Source: Rhizodiscina lignyota (taxonomy: Eukaryota). Taken from it: DNA of 64,000 nt. The notes under the pieces were generated by a model. That model had not been told where the DNA came from, did not search any database, and was given only the letters and a program-made list of their open reading frames with translations. The position numbers were made by a program, and so were the translations under genes. Where the stretch lies: assembly GCA_010015805.1 (NCBI GenBank), contig ML978121.1, positions 930,001-994,000 of the forward strand, written 5' to 3'. The stretch's first letter is position 1. Each line of letters opens with the position of its first letter. This document shows positions 25,166 through 36,975 of the stretch, one piece after another.

Positions 25166-28100
25166 ATGTCTTCCCGCCCAACCCTCTCCGGCCGACTCAG
25201 CGGCTTGCCGGTGCGATTGAAGAGCACCAACAGCTCCAGCAACACGGCAGCAAGCAAGCGCTCCGCACCGGCTAGTCGAAGCTCCAGTCCCAGACCGAAC
25301 GGAAGCAGAGCGAACATGGCGGAGAAGGACAGCAAGGCCTGCCTCATGCTGCGGACAACGGTGGTGAAGGGGAGGAATCTTGCGGCGAAGGACAAAGGTG
25401 GCACGAGTGACCCGGTGAGGCAGCTCCAGACAACCCCCACGTCATGCCTGTGCAATTCCATTTCGGTTGTAGGGAAGGTGGTGCGCGTGCTTAAATGAGC
25501 ATTGAGGCTAATCTGAGTTATCCATAGTACTTGGTCGTCACGCTCGGCGATGCGAAGGAAGCGACCTCTTCAATCTCAAAGACCTTGAATCCGGAATGGA
25601 ATTCTACCTTCGAACTCCCAATTGTTGGAACTGATGGCCTAGTTCTGGAAGCAGTGTGCTGGGATAAAGACCGCTTCTCCCGGAGGGATTATATGGGCGA
25701 ATTCGACGTCGCTCTGGAAGAAGTGTTCACATCCGCCGACATGCTGGCGCCCGAGGTGCGATACTCTCACCGTAATGGATGATGGCGGTGGAAGCTAACG
25801 ATGGCACAGCCCAAGTGGTATTCGCTCAGGTCCACGCGAAAGGGAAAGAAGAAGAGCCAAGTGTCTGGGGAGATTATGATGCAATTCTCGCTATTCGATC
25901 CGAACAACAAAGACGCAACATCGACGCAAATATACTCGAAATTCATGGCCGTTGCCGGCCAAGCGGACGCGGAGATGGACGATCTAGATGAACTCACACT
26001 TACAAGGACGGATACCGGTGACTTGGAAGATGAGGAAACTGATGCGGGCATCGAGGAGCTGGACGAGACTGGAGAACCAGAGACGGCCGACGCAACGCAG
26101 AAGCGACGCCGCAGGATACGGCTAGCAAAAATCAGGAGAAAGGCAAAGCAGCGTGCGTTCGAGTACAGCGGATCCTCAGCCGTCGCTGGCGTCTTGTTTC
26201 TGGAGGTGTCGAAGATCATCGATCTTCCTCCAGAGAAGAACCGTACGTACCCACTTCTGCATGAACTATATTGTTGAAGCTGATATGCAAAGTCACTCGT
26301 ACGTCATTTGATATGGATCCATTCGTCGTTACCTCGCTCGGAAAGAAGACCTACCGAACACGCGTCGTGCGTCACAACCTCAATCCTGTCTATGAGGAGA
26401 AGCTTGTCTTTCAAGTGCTAAAGCACGAAGTGAGATACTCTGTCAACTTTGCCGTCGTCGACAGAGACAGAATGTCTGGCAATGACTTTGTTGGTACTAC
26501 TGCGCTTCCGCTGGATACCATCACGGCCGTCTGTGATGATCCGGACCCGGAGACTGGCCTCTACAAGCTTCCAGATATTCCTGATGCCGGCGATACGAAG
26601 ACGAAACAAAAGAGATTCCGGCTTCCACTTTCACGATCTTCCTCAGCCCAGAGCCTCAGCAAATTGACCCGACCGTCTCTGAAGAAGGAGAACTCAGCTG
26701 GATCTCTTAGGAGTGGAACATCTGACGATCTGACTCCACCGCCCGAGACAGAACGATTAGCACCGACTAGTGCACCCATGACATCTCAGAATGGAAACAA
26801 TGGTCTTGTGATCCAACCAATGGACGACGCCGAGCTCCGCCAGTACACTTTACCCCTGGAACTAAAGAATAAAGATAGATGGGAAACGAAACACAGTCCA
26901 GTCTTGTACATCAGGGCCAAATATATGCCCTATCAGGCACTTCGGCAACAGTTTTGGAGGGCAATGCTGAAACAATACGACGCCGACGAAAGCGGAATGA
27001 TTGACAAGGTCGAGCTCACAACCATGTTGGACAATCTCGGGTCTACCCTACACGAGTCTACCATCGACAACTTCTTCAAGCGCTTTGCCCAAGAGACCAC
27101 CACTGGCAATTTCGACCTTCCATCCCTGACTTTTGACCAAGCTGTCATTTGTTTAGAGGATCAGTTGCAGCAGACGCAGCTCAAGCAACAGAAGTCTCTT
27201 GGTGCTAGCCTCAGGAGCTATCTATCTGCTCCTTCAGGTGTTAGTACTCCAGGCATAGAGACGCCTGCAGAGACACCTCCTCTTAATACCTCTTCTCAGA
27301 CTGATTTGATTCCTGCTATACAGACTGAGCACGTCGATAACGCAGATGAAGGTGCTGGTCTGGATGCCAACGATCTATCAGACGAAAGAGGCGAGGAACA
27401 TGTCATTGAAATCAGAGAATGCCCAATCTGCCACCAGCCACGGCTGAACAAGAAATCGGATGCGGACATTATTACGCACATTGCGACTTGTGCAAGCCAG
27501 GACTGGAGACAGGTCAACAATATCGTCATGGCTGGTTTCGTGACATCGAATCAAGCCCAGCGCAAGTGGTACAGCAAGGTCGTTACGAAGATTACCTATG
27601 GAGGGTACAGGCTTGGCGCCAACTCTGCGAACATATTGGTGCAGGACCGAATCACTGGCCAGATCAACGAGGAGAGGATGTCTGTATACGTGCGACTGGG
27701 TATCCGGCTCCTGTACAAAGGTTTGAAGAGTCGCGACATGGAAGGTCGACGAAGTATGTTATTTCTTTCCGTACCCTTGACTAACGCGTCGTTTCCATTG
27801 CAGTTCCGCTGAGCACCGCTTACCGTTATCTAGTCCGTGCGCTCCTCAAGTCCCTGTCCGAGAAGCAGGGCCGCAAATACGACGATCCGGCGTCTGCAGC
27901 AGAAATTCAGGGCTTCATCAACTTCCATCAGCTCAATATGTCCGAGGTGCTGCTACAAACGAACCAATTCAAGAACTTCAACGAGTTCTTCTACCGTGCG
28001 CTTAAGCCGGATGCGCGGCCCTGCTCTGCACCTGATCATCCGGAGATCGCCACGAGTCCAGCCGACTGCAGGACCGTGGTGTTCAATACGCTCGACGAAG

Positions 28101-28799
28101 CGCAGAAGATTTGGGTCAAGGGACGAGATTTCACTGTCGAGAGGCTGTTCGGCAAGGCATATCCTGAGGATGCGAAGAGATATGCCAACGGCAGCTTTGG
28201 CATCTTCCGACTGGCTCCGCAAGACTATCACCGCTTCCATATCCCTGTGGACGGTATATTAGGCGAGCCCAGGCAGATTGATGGAGAGTACTATACGGTT
28301 AATCCAATGGCAATTCGTAGTGCCTTAGACGTGTACGGGGAGAACATAAGGGTACTAGTGCCAATTGATAGCGAGAAGCACGGTAGAGTGATGGTCGTTT
28401 GCGTTGGTGCGATGATGGTGGGCAGCACCGTCATTACGAGAAAAGCGGGCGAGAGAGTCAAGAGAGCAGAGGAACTGGGCTATTTCAAGTTCGGTAAGTC
28501 GTCACTAACTGCAAATTTTGCAAATGCTAATACTTGTCTTAGGTGGCAGCACGCTCTTGGTTCTCTTTGAGCCAGGCAGAGTAGTTTTCGATCAAGACCT
28601 GGTCGACAACTCCAATGGTGCATTAGAGACCCTAGTCCGCGTGGGTATGTCTGTCGGCCATCATCCAGACCATCCGCCACATACGCCGGACATGCGCAAG
28701 CTGAATCCAACCATGGAGGAGAAGCAGGATGCGAAGCGGAGGATAGAGGGGAGTCTAGCGCCCGCCCCTCCTGGTGGAGAAGCTATGGCTGCATCATAA
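25166..28799 (+). CDS. PSD2: Phosphatidylserine decarboxylase 2 (two C2 domains, EF-hand-like segment, PSD domain)
   Basis: C2 motifs ([36 protein letters not shown]), [35 protein letters not shown], and self-cleavage site FGGST assembled across the last intron (about 28494..28542). Start could alternatively be 25316. Confidence 0.93.
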
Positions 28800-29665
28800 A
28801 GAAGAGCATAACGATACGGATGGCAATGTAGAAATACAGCATTAAAATGGCGTTGTTAGAGCCAGAGGTTCGCCAAACGAACCTCAACCGTGGCAATAAA
28901 ATCACAATGTACCTTGTCTGGGATGCATACCATCTTCAGTTAATACGTAGCGTGAGCAACAGAGCTGTCCATACCTGATAAGCACGCCAGTGTTGAAGAG
29001 TAAAGGTAGGTCATCGTGCAGAGTACGCGCCCTCCACCACTCTTTCATTTGCGAGATGGCCTATCGCACCATGATTGTAGACAGGTATAAGGAGTACGTG
29101 GAAGAGGGAAGAAGCGAGGACCCGGATCGTGACCAGCCCGACTTCCGGTGCCAAAGGGCGCGAGATCGTGCGATAAAGTTCGTATCGCTTGTTCTCTTCT
29201 CAAATCACTGTCCGCACTCCAGCGCCTCAGAACATGCCAAGGTCGACATGAGAGATGCTTTGTCATGATATTCAGGACAGTCAGCAAAGCACAAGGCGCA
29301 GAATAGGTGAGCACAGGCAAATCTGAGTGTAGACATCTCTCGGTTCGGAAACCGAGCGCCACATCCACGCCACAATGTCATAGGCGGCTAATGGCATTTC
29401 GTTCAAGTCGGGACAAAGATGCCTCCGTGCGTCTTCAATTGGCATGAGGTAGGGGCTGATTAAGCGGGTGTCCTGATGCCTTTTCGGGAGATACGTAACG
29501 TCTCGACTTCACAAAAGTGCAAAAGGTGAGTGTCGTACAATCCGGACTAAATTTGTCGGGTAGGTGCATTTCGAGTTACACATGCATCATGGCTTCTACT
29601 TTTCCCTACAATACATATAACTTCAATTCCCCGTCTTTCGTGTTTCTGCCCACCATACAATCGCA

Positions 29666-30646
29666 ATGCCACCAAACTCGTCAATCATCATAACCGGCGC
29701 GTCAGGCTCGCTGGGCGCAGCCATTGCGCTGCAATTGACAGCGCTCTATCCCCAAAAATACCATCTCATCCTCGCTGCTCGTAACATCTCAAGTTCTCAC
29801 TCGGAAGCTCTCTCGCAAAAGCTCACAGCCGCGAACGCACCGTACACATGGGAGCGCGTGGATCTCGCATCTTTCGCGTCCATCTCCAGCTTCACAAACC
29901 GTATTCAACTCGGGCTGGAACGAGGGCAAGTGCGTCCGCTGCACGGACTGGTTAACTCTGCTGCGATTAACAACATCCCGGTGTCTAAGACGGAGGATGG
30001 GTTCGACACGATCTACGAGACGAATGTCCTTGCGCCGGTGCTGTTGACGAAGAAGCTGGCGCCGCTGATGAAGGGTGGGGTGGTGGTGAACATCACCACT
30101 GTGGCGCATGAGTTGGGCGAAGCGGGTTATTTTCGGGAGAGGAAGTCCGACTTGGATAAAGAGCTGGGGACGGAGTTGGGACTGAAGGATATGTTGAAGA
30201 AGTACGGCAGCAGCAAGCTGTTGTTGATTATGGCGGGGTATTCGCTGCAGAGAGAAGACAGCTTCGTAAGTTTCCTTGTTATTGTCGATTTCAAGCGTAC
30301 GCTGATCATCAAACAGCGAGATATAAAGGTCATCTCACTCGACGTCGGTGGCATGACAGGCGAGTCACGACTGGCGCCGAAAATGCCTCTAGTGCTGAAG
30401 GTTTCAATGCACGTCCTGAACTTCATGAGACCGCTTGCAAACATGTTCAATCCGGCTACAATCAACCCGCCTGAAGTGCCTGCAAAGGCCATTGCGGAAG
30501 TATTGGGCGATTCGGAGAAGGCAATTGGAGGCGGCCATTACATCCTCGACAAGGTTGCTGAAAGCAATGCGATAAGTAGAGACGAGGAGAAGCAGACGGA
30601 AAATATGAAAGAGATCACAAGTGATCTTGGCAAATGGGTTCAGTAA
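29666..30646 (+). CDS. Short-chain dehydrogenase/reductase
   Basis: TGASGSLG Rossmann motif, VNSAA, YGSSK (YxxxK). Probable in-frame intron 30266..30316 (GTAAGT...GCTGAT...CAG). Confidence 0.85.
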   Translation: MPPNSSIIITGASGSLGAAIALQLTALYPQKYHLILAARNISSSHSEALSQKLTAANAPYTWERVDLASFASISSFTNRIQLGLERGQVRPLHGLVNSAAINNIPVSKTEDGFDTIYETNVLAPVLLTKKLAPLMKGGVVVNITTVAHELGEAGYFRERKSDLDKELGTELGLKDMLKKYGSSKLLLIMAGYSLQREDSFVSFLVIVDFKRTLIIKQRDIKVISLDVGGMTGESRLAPKMPLVLKVSMHVLNFMRPLANMFNPATINPPEVPAKAIAEVLGDSEKAIGGGHYILDKVAESNAISRDEEKQTENMKEITSDLGKWVQ

Positions 30647-30738
30647 TCGCGTATAAGATATCCACTAGACTGGCGTTTGAGACTCGATATTGAAGTCGGG
30701 GCGAAGTGTTTATTATCGATAGAACGGGTAGCAATGCA

Positions 30739-32116
30739 TCAGGGAGCTGTCTGCATCGTTGTCGCCAGACTCAACTCCTGTTTCGAGACATCCCATGCGG
30801 AATAATAGTACTTCAGCATTGTTCCACCAATCACCCAAAGCCCGGGAATGCCCACTCCACCGCCATTGATGAAAGTCCTTCATTACAAAAGACAGTTAGT
30901 GGACGTCAGGCTTGAAAGTTGAGTCAGATGGCCACTTACTGGCACAATCCCGGTTTGCCAGGATATGGTCCTACACTTAGCTCTTGAGGCGGAATGCGTA
31001 CACGCAGCGTCCCCATGGTAATATCGATGGTCGCACTCGTATTGTTGACCTCGTCGCAAGGTATGGCAAAGCCGCCAAGCGGATCTACCAGTTTGATGTT
31101 GGGAGAGATGAGCTTGTAAACTGCCATGGCATCGTCATTGGAGGGCGCCACGACGTTAGACGTGCCAGAATCGATGACCGCGGAAGAAGCGATGCCAGTG
31201 GCTTTTTTGTTGACCGCAATGCCGCTAAAGTTTATAACGAAGAGACCAATCTCTTGTGTCTGGGTCGTGTTCATGGGTATCGGTACCAACGCGCTCGTCA
31301 TTTTTGCACTGTCGACGCCACCTAGGGTCAATTCCGCATTTCCAACCTTTAGAGGCGAGAAATAAAGGCCATATACCGGGGCATCAACAGCCTTGTTATC
31401 GACCAGACTCTGAAAGAAAGGCTTCGCCCCTGTTGTCGAAGCAAGACCAAAGCCAAGCCCAAGGATGCCATCAAATGTCTCCGGTCCGAAACCAGGAGTC
31501 TGGCTGTATGTGAGGCCTATGACTTGGTTTGCTACAGCCAGGCCAGCAATGGCTACCGTATCGTTGGCAATGATTCCAAGAGCTGTCTCATTGTCGGAAG
31601 GCGCAACGCCGCCGCCAGTAGCGAAGTCGATGCGGAATGCCTGATTCGCTGTTTTGAATGTCGAGGACTTGGTGGGATCGAAGCGCTTGTGTGCCGTACA
31701 TCCGGGATCTGATGTGCAATTTGTACTTGGGAAGAGCACATCGGAAGACCCTGTGTCGAATTCGGATGTGCTGTTGCTTGGGTCAGGATATCAGATCCAA
31801 TTGTCGGAGCCAGACTGACAAATTCTGAGGCGGTGTTCCAATCTGAACTTGACCGAACCACTGGTTGAACTGTCAACAAATCGCTTTTTGAAATACTGGG
31901 TTGGCGGTTCACCTGCAAGTCTGTGCCATTGAACCAGTCACCCAGCGGTTCACTAGAAGCCGCTCTCTTTCCGAGCTTCCCAAAGCTTGCTCGTGGTGGA
32001 GAGCGTCGAGCTGTGAGAGACACAACCACGGGTCCACGGCGTGCTGGAATTGATGCCGCGACGGCGATATTGACGAGAGCCGAAAAGGTCAAAGCCAAGG
32101 AAACGAACTCCATCAT
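30739..32116 (-). CDS. Secreted aspartic protease (pepsin family A1), catalytic motifs intact
   Basis: Signal-like MMEFVSLALTFSALVNIAVAA, KR propeptide site, IGTPPQ, FDTGSS (after second intron), FDGILGLGF, IDSGTS. Final exon ...WVIGGTMLKYYYSAWD...TAP* ends at 30739. Three introns. Confidence 0.88.
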
Positions 32117-33150
32117 TTTGGGTAGTAAAGAACAAAAGACAACTGGGCACCGAAGCGTGGAGAAGGAAGGGGAAGTCGAATTGTTATTCGATCTGAAAGG
32201 TACGGTCAGGTACAGTGAGATTGTTTGGAAGGATCAGCGCCTCTCGTCATCTTTCAGTTAGGTAAAGAGCTTGCTGTGGAGTTGAAACAGTGAGACAAAG
32301 AAACAACCCCGAACATCGTTTTGGTACTAATAAATGGGTGCGTGAAAAAATTAGGATTTTCACGTCGCATTTCAAGGCATTTGGAGGATGGAGATGCGAT
32401 TCGCTATTGGACAACCCTCCTGAAACGTCAGCTTTCGAAAACATATGGTGTCGATCGCCTCTATATGTGGAGCGCGTAGAAGGCGTTATTCAAGGGGTGT
32501 GGAGCATGTTTCACGGCCGTCCGCGCAATGCCTAATTCCATTCCTTGTTCGCCCCAGGACCGGAGATCGAGCTGCTGATGGCCGCTCAACGAGAACTTAG
32601 CCAGCGTTAAATAGTCGTATTCTCTGACCAAATGAGACGAGTATAGCAGATTAGGACAAAGAAATGTGAATAATACAGAAATTTTAAAAAAGAAGAAGAA
32701 GAACGGACTCTTCCGAGCTGTGAACAGTACTCTCTTCAGCAAGATATGTAATCGATACACAGCATGAGACTTATGTCACAATCGAGCATCCTTAATATCC
32801 GAAGAAGGCACATCCTGCAGCCCCTAAAGGCGCTCAAAAATTGATATCCGGTGTAGCATAGCCGTACGAGCATTGAATCTTCAAAACAGAGATATATGAA
32901 GTGACGTTGGTATAAAGTTGAACGATAACATTAAATTCAAGGCAACCTCAACATCACGTGATATAGAAAACTCCCGAATGTGGCTTGGCGCGGCGATCGG
33001 ATTGCAATAGTGCCCCTGTTCGGCATTTGCCGTGCACGATATTTTACCCACAATGAGAACAAATTCTACAGCAAGCTCACTCCATCAACCAACGACCACC
33101 GACACGGCGCAGGATATCCATTTCTTTGCGACCACAATCGACCCTTAAAA

Positions 33151-33770
33151 ATGGCTCAAGGACCAGTATGTACATGCTTTGCTGTCTGCGTAGCTCGTCG
33201 TGCCTCTCGAGAGTAGAAAGGCAGCGGCACAGTTTGCGCATGAAGAACAGTAGGCTAAGTACAATGTCTTTCTACAGAAACGTGCGCATGGCGCTGGCGG
33301 CCTGAAGGGCGGCAAGAAAGGCCAGAAGATTACCAAGAAGGTGTGTAGGCGATTTCCTTGGTAAATTGGCCAAGTTGCTAACGCGACAAAGTTCATCATC
33401 AACGCTTCGCAACCTGCCAATGACAAAATCTTCGACGTCTCTGCCTTCGAGAAGTTCCTTCACGACCGTATCAAGGTTGATGGCCGCACCGGTAACCTCG
33501 GCGACACCGTGCAGATTAGCCAGGAGGGTGATGGCAAGATTGCTGTGGTTGCACACCAGGAGTTCAGGTGAATTCTGCTTCAATGCTGCATCGGCAACAC
33601 CTCCGGCTAATCTATGACTTAGTGGACGATATCTGAAGTACCTCACCAAGAAGTTCCTCAAGAAGCAGCAGCTGCGTGACTGGTTGCGTGTCGTGTCTAC
33701 CTCGAAGGGTGTCTACGAGCTACGCTTCTTCAATGTCATGAATGACGACGCGGACGAAGATGAGGATTAG
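33151..33770 (+). CDS. RPL22: 60S ribosomal protein L22 (eL22)
   Basis: Spliced product [38 protein letters not shown]...[28 protein letters not shown]. Introns 33166..33277, 33341..33391, 33568..33622. Confidence 0.96.
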
Positions 33771-35246
33771 AGGGAGCATGCTTTTCAACAAGACAAACCT
33801 AGATGCATTGACGGGAGTTATCGGCGTCTGACCGAACCCAGTCGGTAGCTCAGAAGAATTCAAGAAACTTTGTCTATGCACAACACATCCAACTCTATGC
33901 ATATGCAAAGCAATCATGATCGTCGTGAATCAGAACATGCTCGGTTATACCTTTAGGATGCCTGAATCAGAACATCTGTTGCTTCTCTCAGGAGAACTCA
34001 AATCGTCGATGTTGAGGGGGAACTGTTCGGCTATCGCGAGTGACTTTCGGTATCTGGGACTTCCTTGAATTAGATGTTGAGCGATCTCTTCTGGAACTGC
34101 TCTGGGCAAGGACCAGGGTCATTTGACCAATCAGATCCTTAGATGTGCTTCAAATATTAGGGTTTCTAAGTGAATCAGATCTTGATCAGTAGCTGAGGAT
34201 GCAGGCCTTATGAAAGTACACTTCCAAATGACTCCCAATGTACTCTATTCCCATTCAACTACAGTTCTTCTCAAAATTGAGCTCGTCTATGATGAAAGTA
34301 TGCAGACCAGTTTCATTCAGAGTTTGAGTCAGTACTAAGAAGATGTCAGTTAACTGTCTACTTGTGAATCTTATGATGTGACTCTTTGGGTGGCTAAAAA
34401 GATAAAATTCTGCCTCTAGCTTAACAGTGACTTTTCTCCCAGTGACTTTTGAGCTTTGCCCGTGATGTCCAAACATGACGGCCGAACCTTGGAGCCAATT
34501 CCCCGAGGTCTCACCCTAATAGCCTCAGCGGCTATGCGTCCAAATATGCCAGATCCAGTGATCGTTTCCAGATTTGCCCGTGGCTTGCATATTTCGTATT
34601 GTGAAGTGTTCGACAACGGTTGAAGTTGCGTGTCACCCTGATACCTGGAAAGCTAGCGCCTGCAGAGTTTGTTCTGCCTCTACTGGCCTTCCAAGCCTCA
34701 TTATGCCGTGTCAGTGACACATTATCTGCGCTAATACGAAGCACGGCCTCGTGTATGATTGAAATGCCATTGTTGGGTGTCACATTGGTGGGCCGGTGGC
34801 TGATAACGTCAAGTTCGCCGGTGTCTGCGGTCTGCTAGTGTCTGCCCGTGAATGCTTTGTGGAACGTCTTCGACCAAAGTTTGAGGTTGTTTGTTGGTAC
34901 TAGTTAGTGTAGCGCTTCAGCCTCTTCAATGGAGCTGTTCATATGCCTGTGGATCTTCGATATGTACTCCTGGAAGCGAGTCAGATAGAGTCCGTATGAT
35001 GATACTTAAGTCAGCCGGCAACTATTACTGTTGCTGAAGCCTGAGCCGAAGCACTATTGTGAAGTCGATAGAGTACCATTGTAAAGGCCTCGTGACTCAA
35101 GACCGAAGAGTTTTCACGGTTCTAGCGGCTCCACAAGAAGTGTATTCATGAATGCAAGCACTCCTGCACTTCCGCTATCGGGCTCATGTCGTGAAGGTTT
35201 CCCTGGTGACGACACTGAGGTCCTTGACCCACGGGCCACATCCTCT

Positions 35247-35261
35247 GAGTATAAATACTTC
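35247..35261 (+). promoter_or_regulatory. TATA element of the U2 snRNA gene
   Basis: GAGTATAAATACTTC with TATAAATA at 35250-35257, about 44 nt upstream of the U2 5' end, followed by a pyrimidine tract. Confidence 0.75.
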
Positions 35262-35293
35262 TCATTCTTCGAGCTTCCTACCTCTTTTCTCTT

Positions 35294-35483
35294 CAGCTCT
35301 CTTTGCCTTTTGGCTTAGATCAAGTGTAGTATCTGTTCTTTTCAGGTTAATCTCTGAAACCAGACTACGGTCTGAACAAGATTACCCTAATATTTGGCAC
35401 CGGGGGGGATTCCTCTAAGCTTAGCTTATGCTTCCTCCCACTGTGTCGCCGGTATTGTACTACCTCCGGCTGACGCGACCGAA
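35294..35483 (+). ncRNA. U2: U2 spliceosomal snRNA
   Basis: Conserved 5' block CTCTTTGCCTTTTGGCTTAGATCAAGTGTAGTATCTGTTCTTTTCAG with branch-pairing GTAGTA (35326-35331); stem IIa TTTCAG/CTGAAA; stem IIb CAGAC-TACG-GTCTG; Sm-like site 35390-35396; stem III; stem IV GTGTCGCCGG-loop-CCGGCTGACGC. Ends are approximate. Confidence 0.93.
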
Positions 35484-35884
35484 GTTCGATTTTCATTGAT
35501 GATTCTTGCCTTGAGCAGGAGGTTGACGAAGAGAGAACCCTGATTGCTGCTTAATATGACATAATGCGAAGTGACGGGATACGTTGAGTGAGTTCCAAGG
35601 CTGCGGTTGAGTCGTTGTGTTTTGAAATGTAGATGTAAGTGTGTCCCTGGATGCGTCATTCCAAGGCCGTGGTTGAGTTGTTGTTGAGTTGTTTAGATGT
35701 ATCTTACGAAGGTAGGCGAAAGTGCGTCCCAATTTGGGTGGCTAGGCGTTGTGCGGCGACGAAGTGTAAATACTTTCCTTAGCATCAAAACTTCATCTTG
35801 AAATGAAGCTCAAGTTAGTAAAATCAATCTAACATCACTTCCGGTCTCTGCAAGAAACTTTTACTACCCCATAACCCCCCAAAA

Positions 35885-36975
35885 ATGGCCTCGCAGCAAG
35901 GAATGGTTGATGCCGCCATTTTCGAGGACCTCCAAGCTCGCGTGGACCAAGATGCTACCTTTCGCGACGTGGGCTGCTTCTACCTCTAAATCTTCCATCA
36001 CCTCCCTGACAACACTTAGGAGATAAAAGAGATCGTTCAAGTGCTCGAGAAACAAAGTACATATCCCCGATCATTGGCTGTGGATATTGTGAGGGCTGAC
36101 CTGCCGAAAAGCCCGCACTGCGCAGTCCATACTCTCCAAAGCGCACTCGACGCCTACATCGCAAAGTACGACCGTCATCATCCCCTCAAGCCCTCATAAC
36201 GCCCACTGAGCCGTTTTAGTCAATGATGTGATCACGGCCGGTAATGCTGCCATCCAGGCAGAGGCCGACACGGTGGCCAAGCTCTCCACGACCGCGTCCC
36301 AACAACCATACTACAAATGGAACAACATGTGGTCGAGACAGATGCAGGATGTGGTAGGAGCACACAGGGGACATTGGCCGACTGTTGGACTGACCATGGA
36401 AGATTTTCTCAATCCTCTTATGTGGCTGGCTGGGAGCCAATCCGACAGAACCTTCGGGCCAGTTGTTGACCATTGAGAGAGTGGCAAGCATCCTAAACAG
36501 TACGTGGACCTTATATACGTTGGTAGGAACAGCCTGACCTGGAGAATAGTTCCAGTAAACCTTAAGGATCGGGACGCATTCCACATTACCATAGAGGAGT
36601 ATCTCCAAGCTCTTATCTCGCTTCTCGATGAGCTGGTATGCACCGTTCGACTTTGAGAGAAAGAAACTTATGTACCTAACGTTACTAATCATAGGCAAGA
36701 CTTGCACGCAACTCTGTCACGTTGGGAGACTACCGTCGTCCTCTCCAGATTAGCCAGTTCGTGAAAGACGTACACGCCGGCTTCCAGATACTCAACCTCA
36801 AGAACGACTCGTTGAGGAGGCGTAGTGACGGCATCAAATATAGGGTGAGCTTTCCCCCGAGAATAGTTGACGCGTAGCAAGAGAAACAAAGCTGACGAGA
36901 TGGTCCCGTTAGGTTAAGGAGGTTGAGGATGTGGTGTACGACTTGTCGCTCAGGAACCTCATCCCTAAGGAATGA
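35885..36975 (+). CDS. TSN: Translin (C3PO subunit)
   Basis: Multi-exon: MASQQGMVDAAIFEDLQARVDQD..., QQPYYKWNNMWSR, VPVNLKDRDAFHITIEEYL, LARNSVTLGDY, GFQILNLKNDSLRRRSDGIKY, VKEVEDVVYDLSLRNL. Confidence 0.9.

Noticed and set aside
28950..29270. Minus-strand LAPEVGLVTI peptide reminiscent of fungal Zn2Cys6 transcription factor linkers
   Set aside because: Single short motif, no Cys6 cluster, frames broken; too weak.
32845..32920. GGTGTAGCATAGCCG resembling a tRNA A-box
   Set aside because: No T-loop GTTCRA or acceptor stem.
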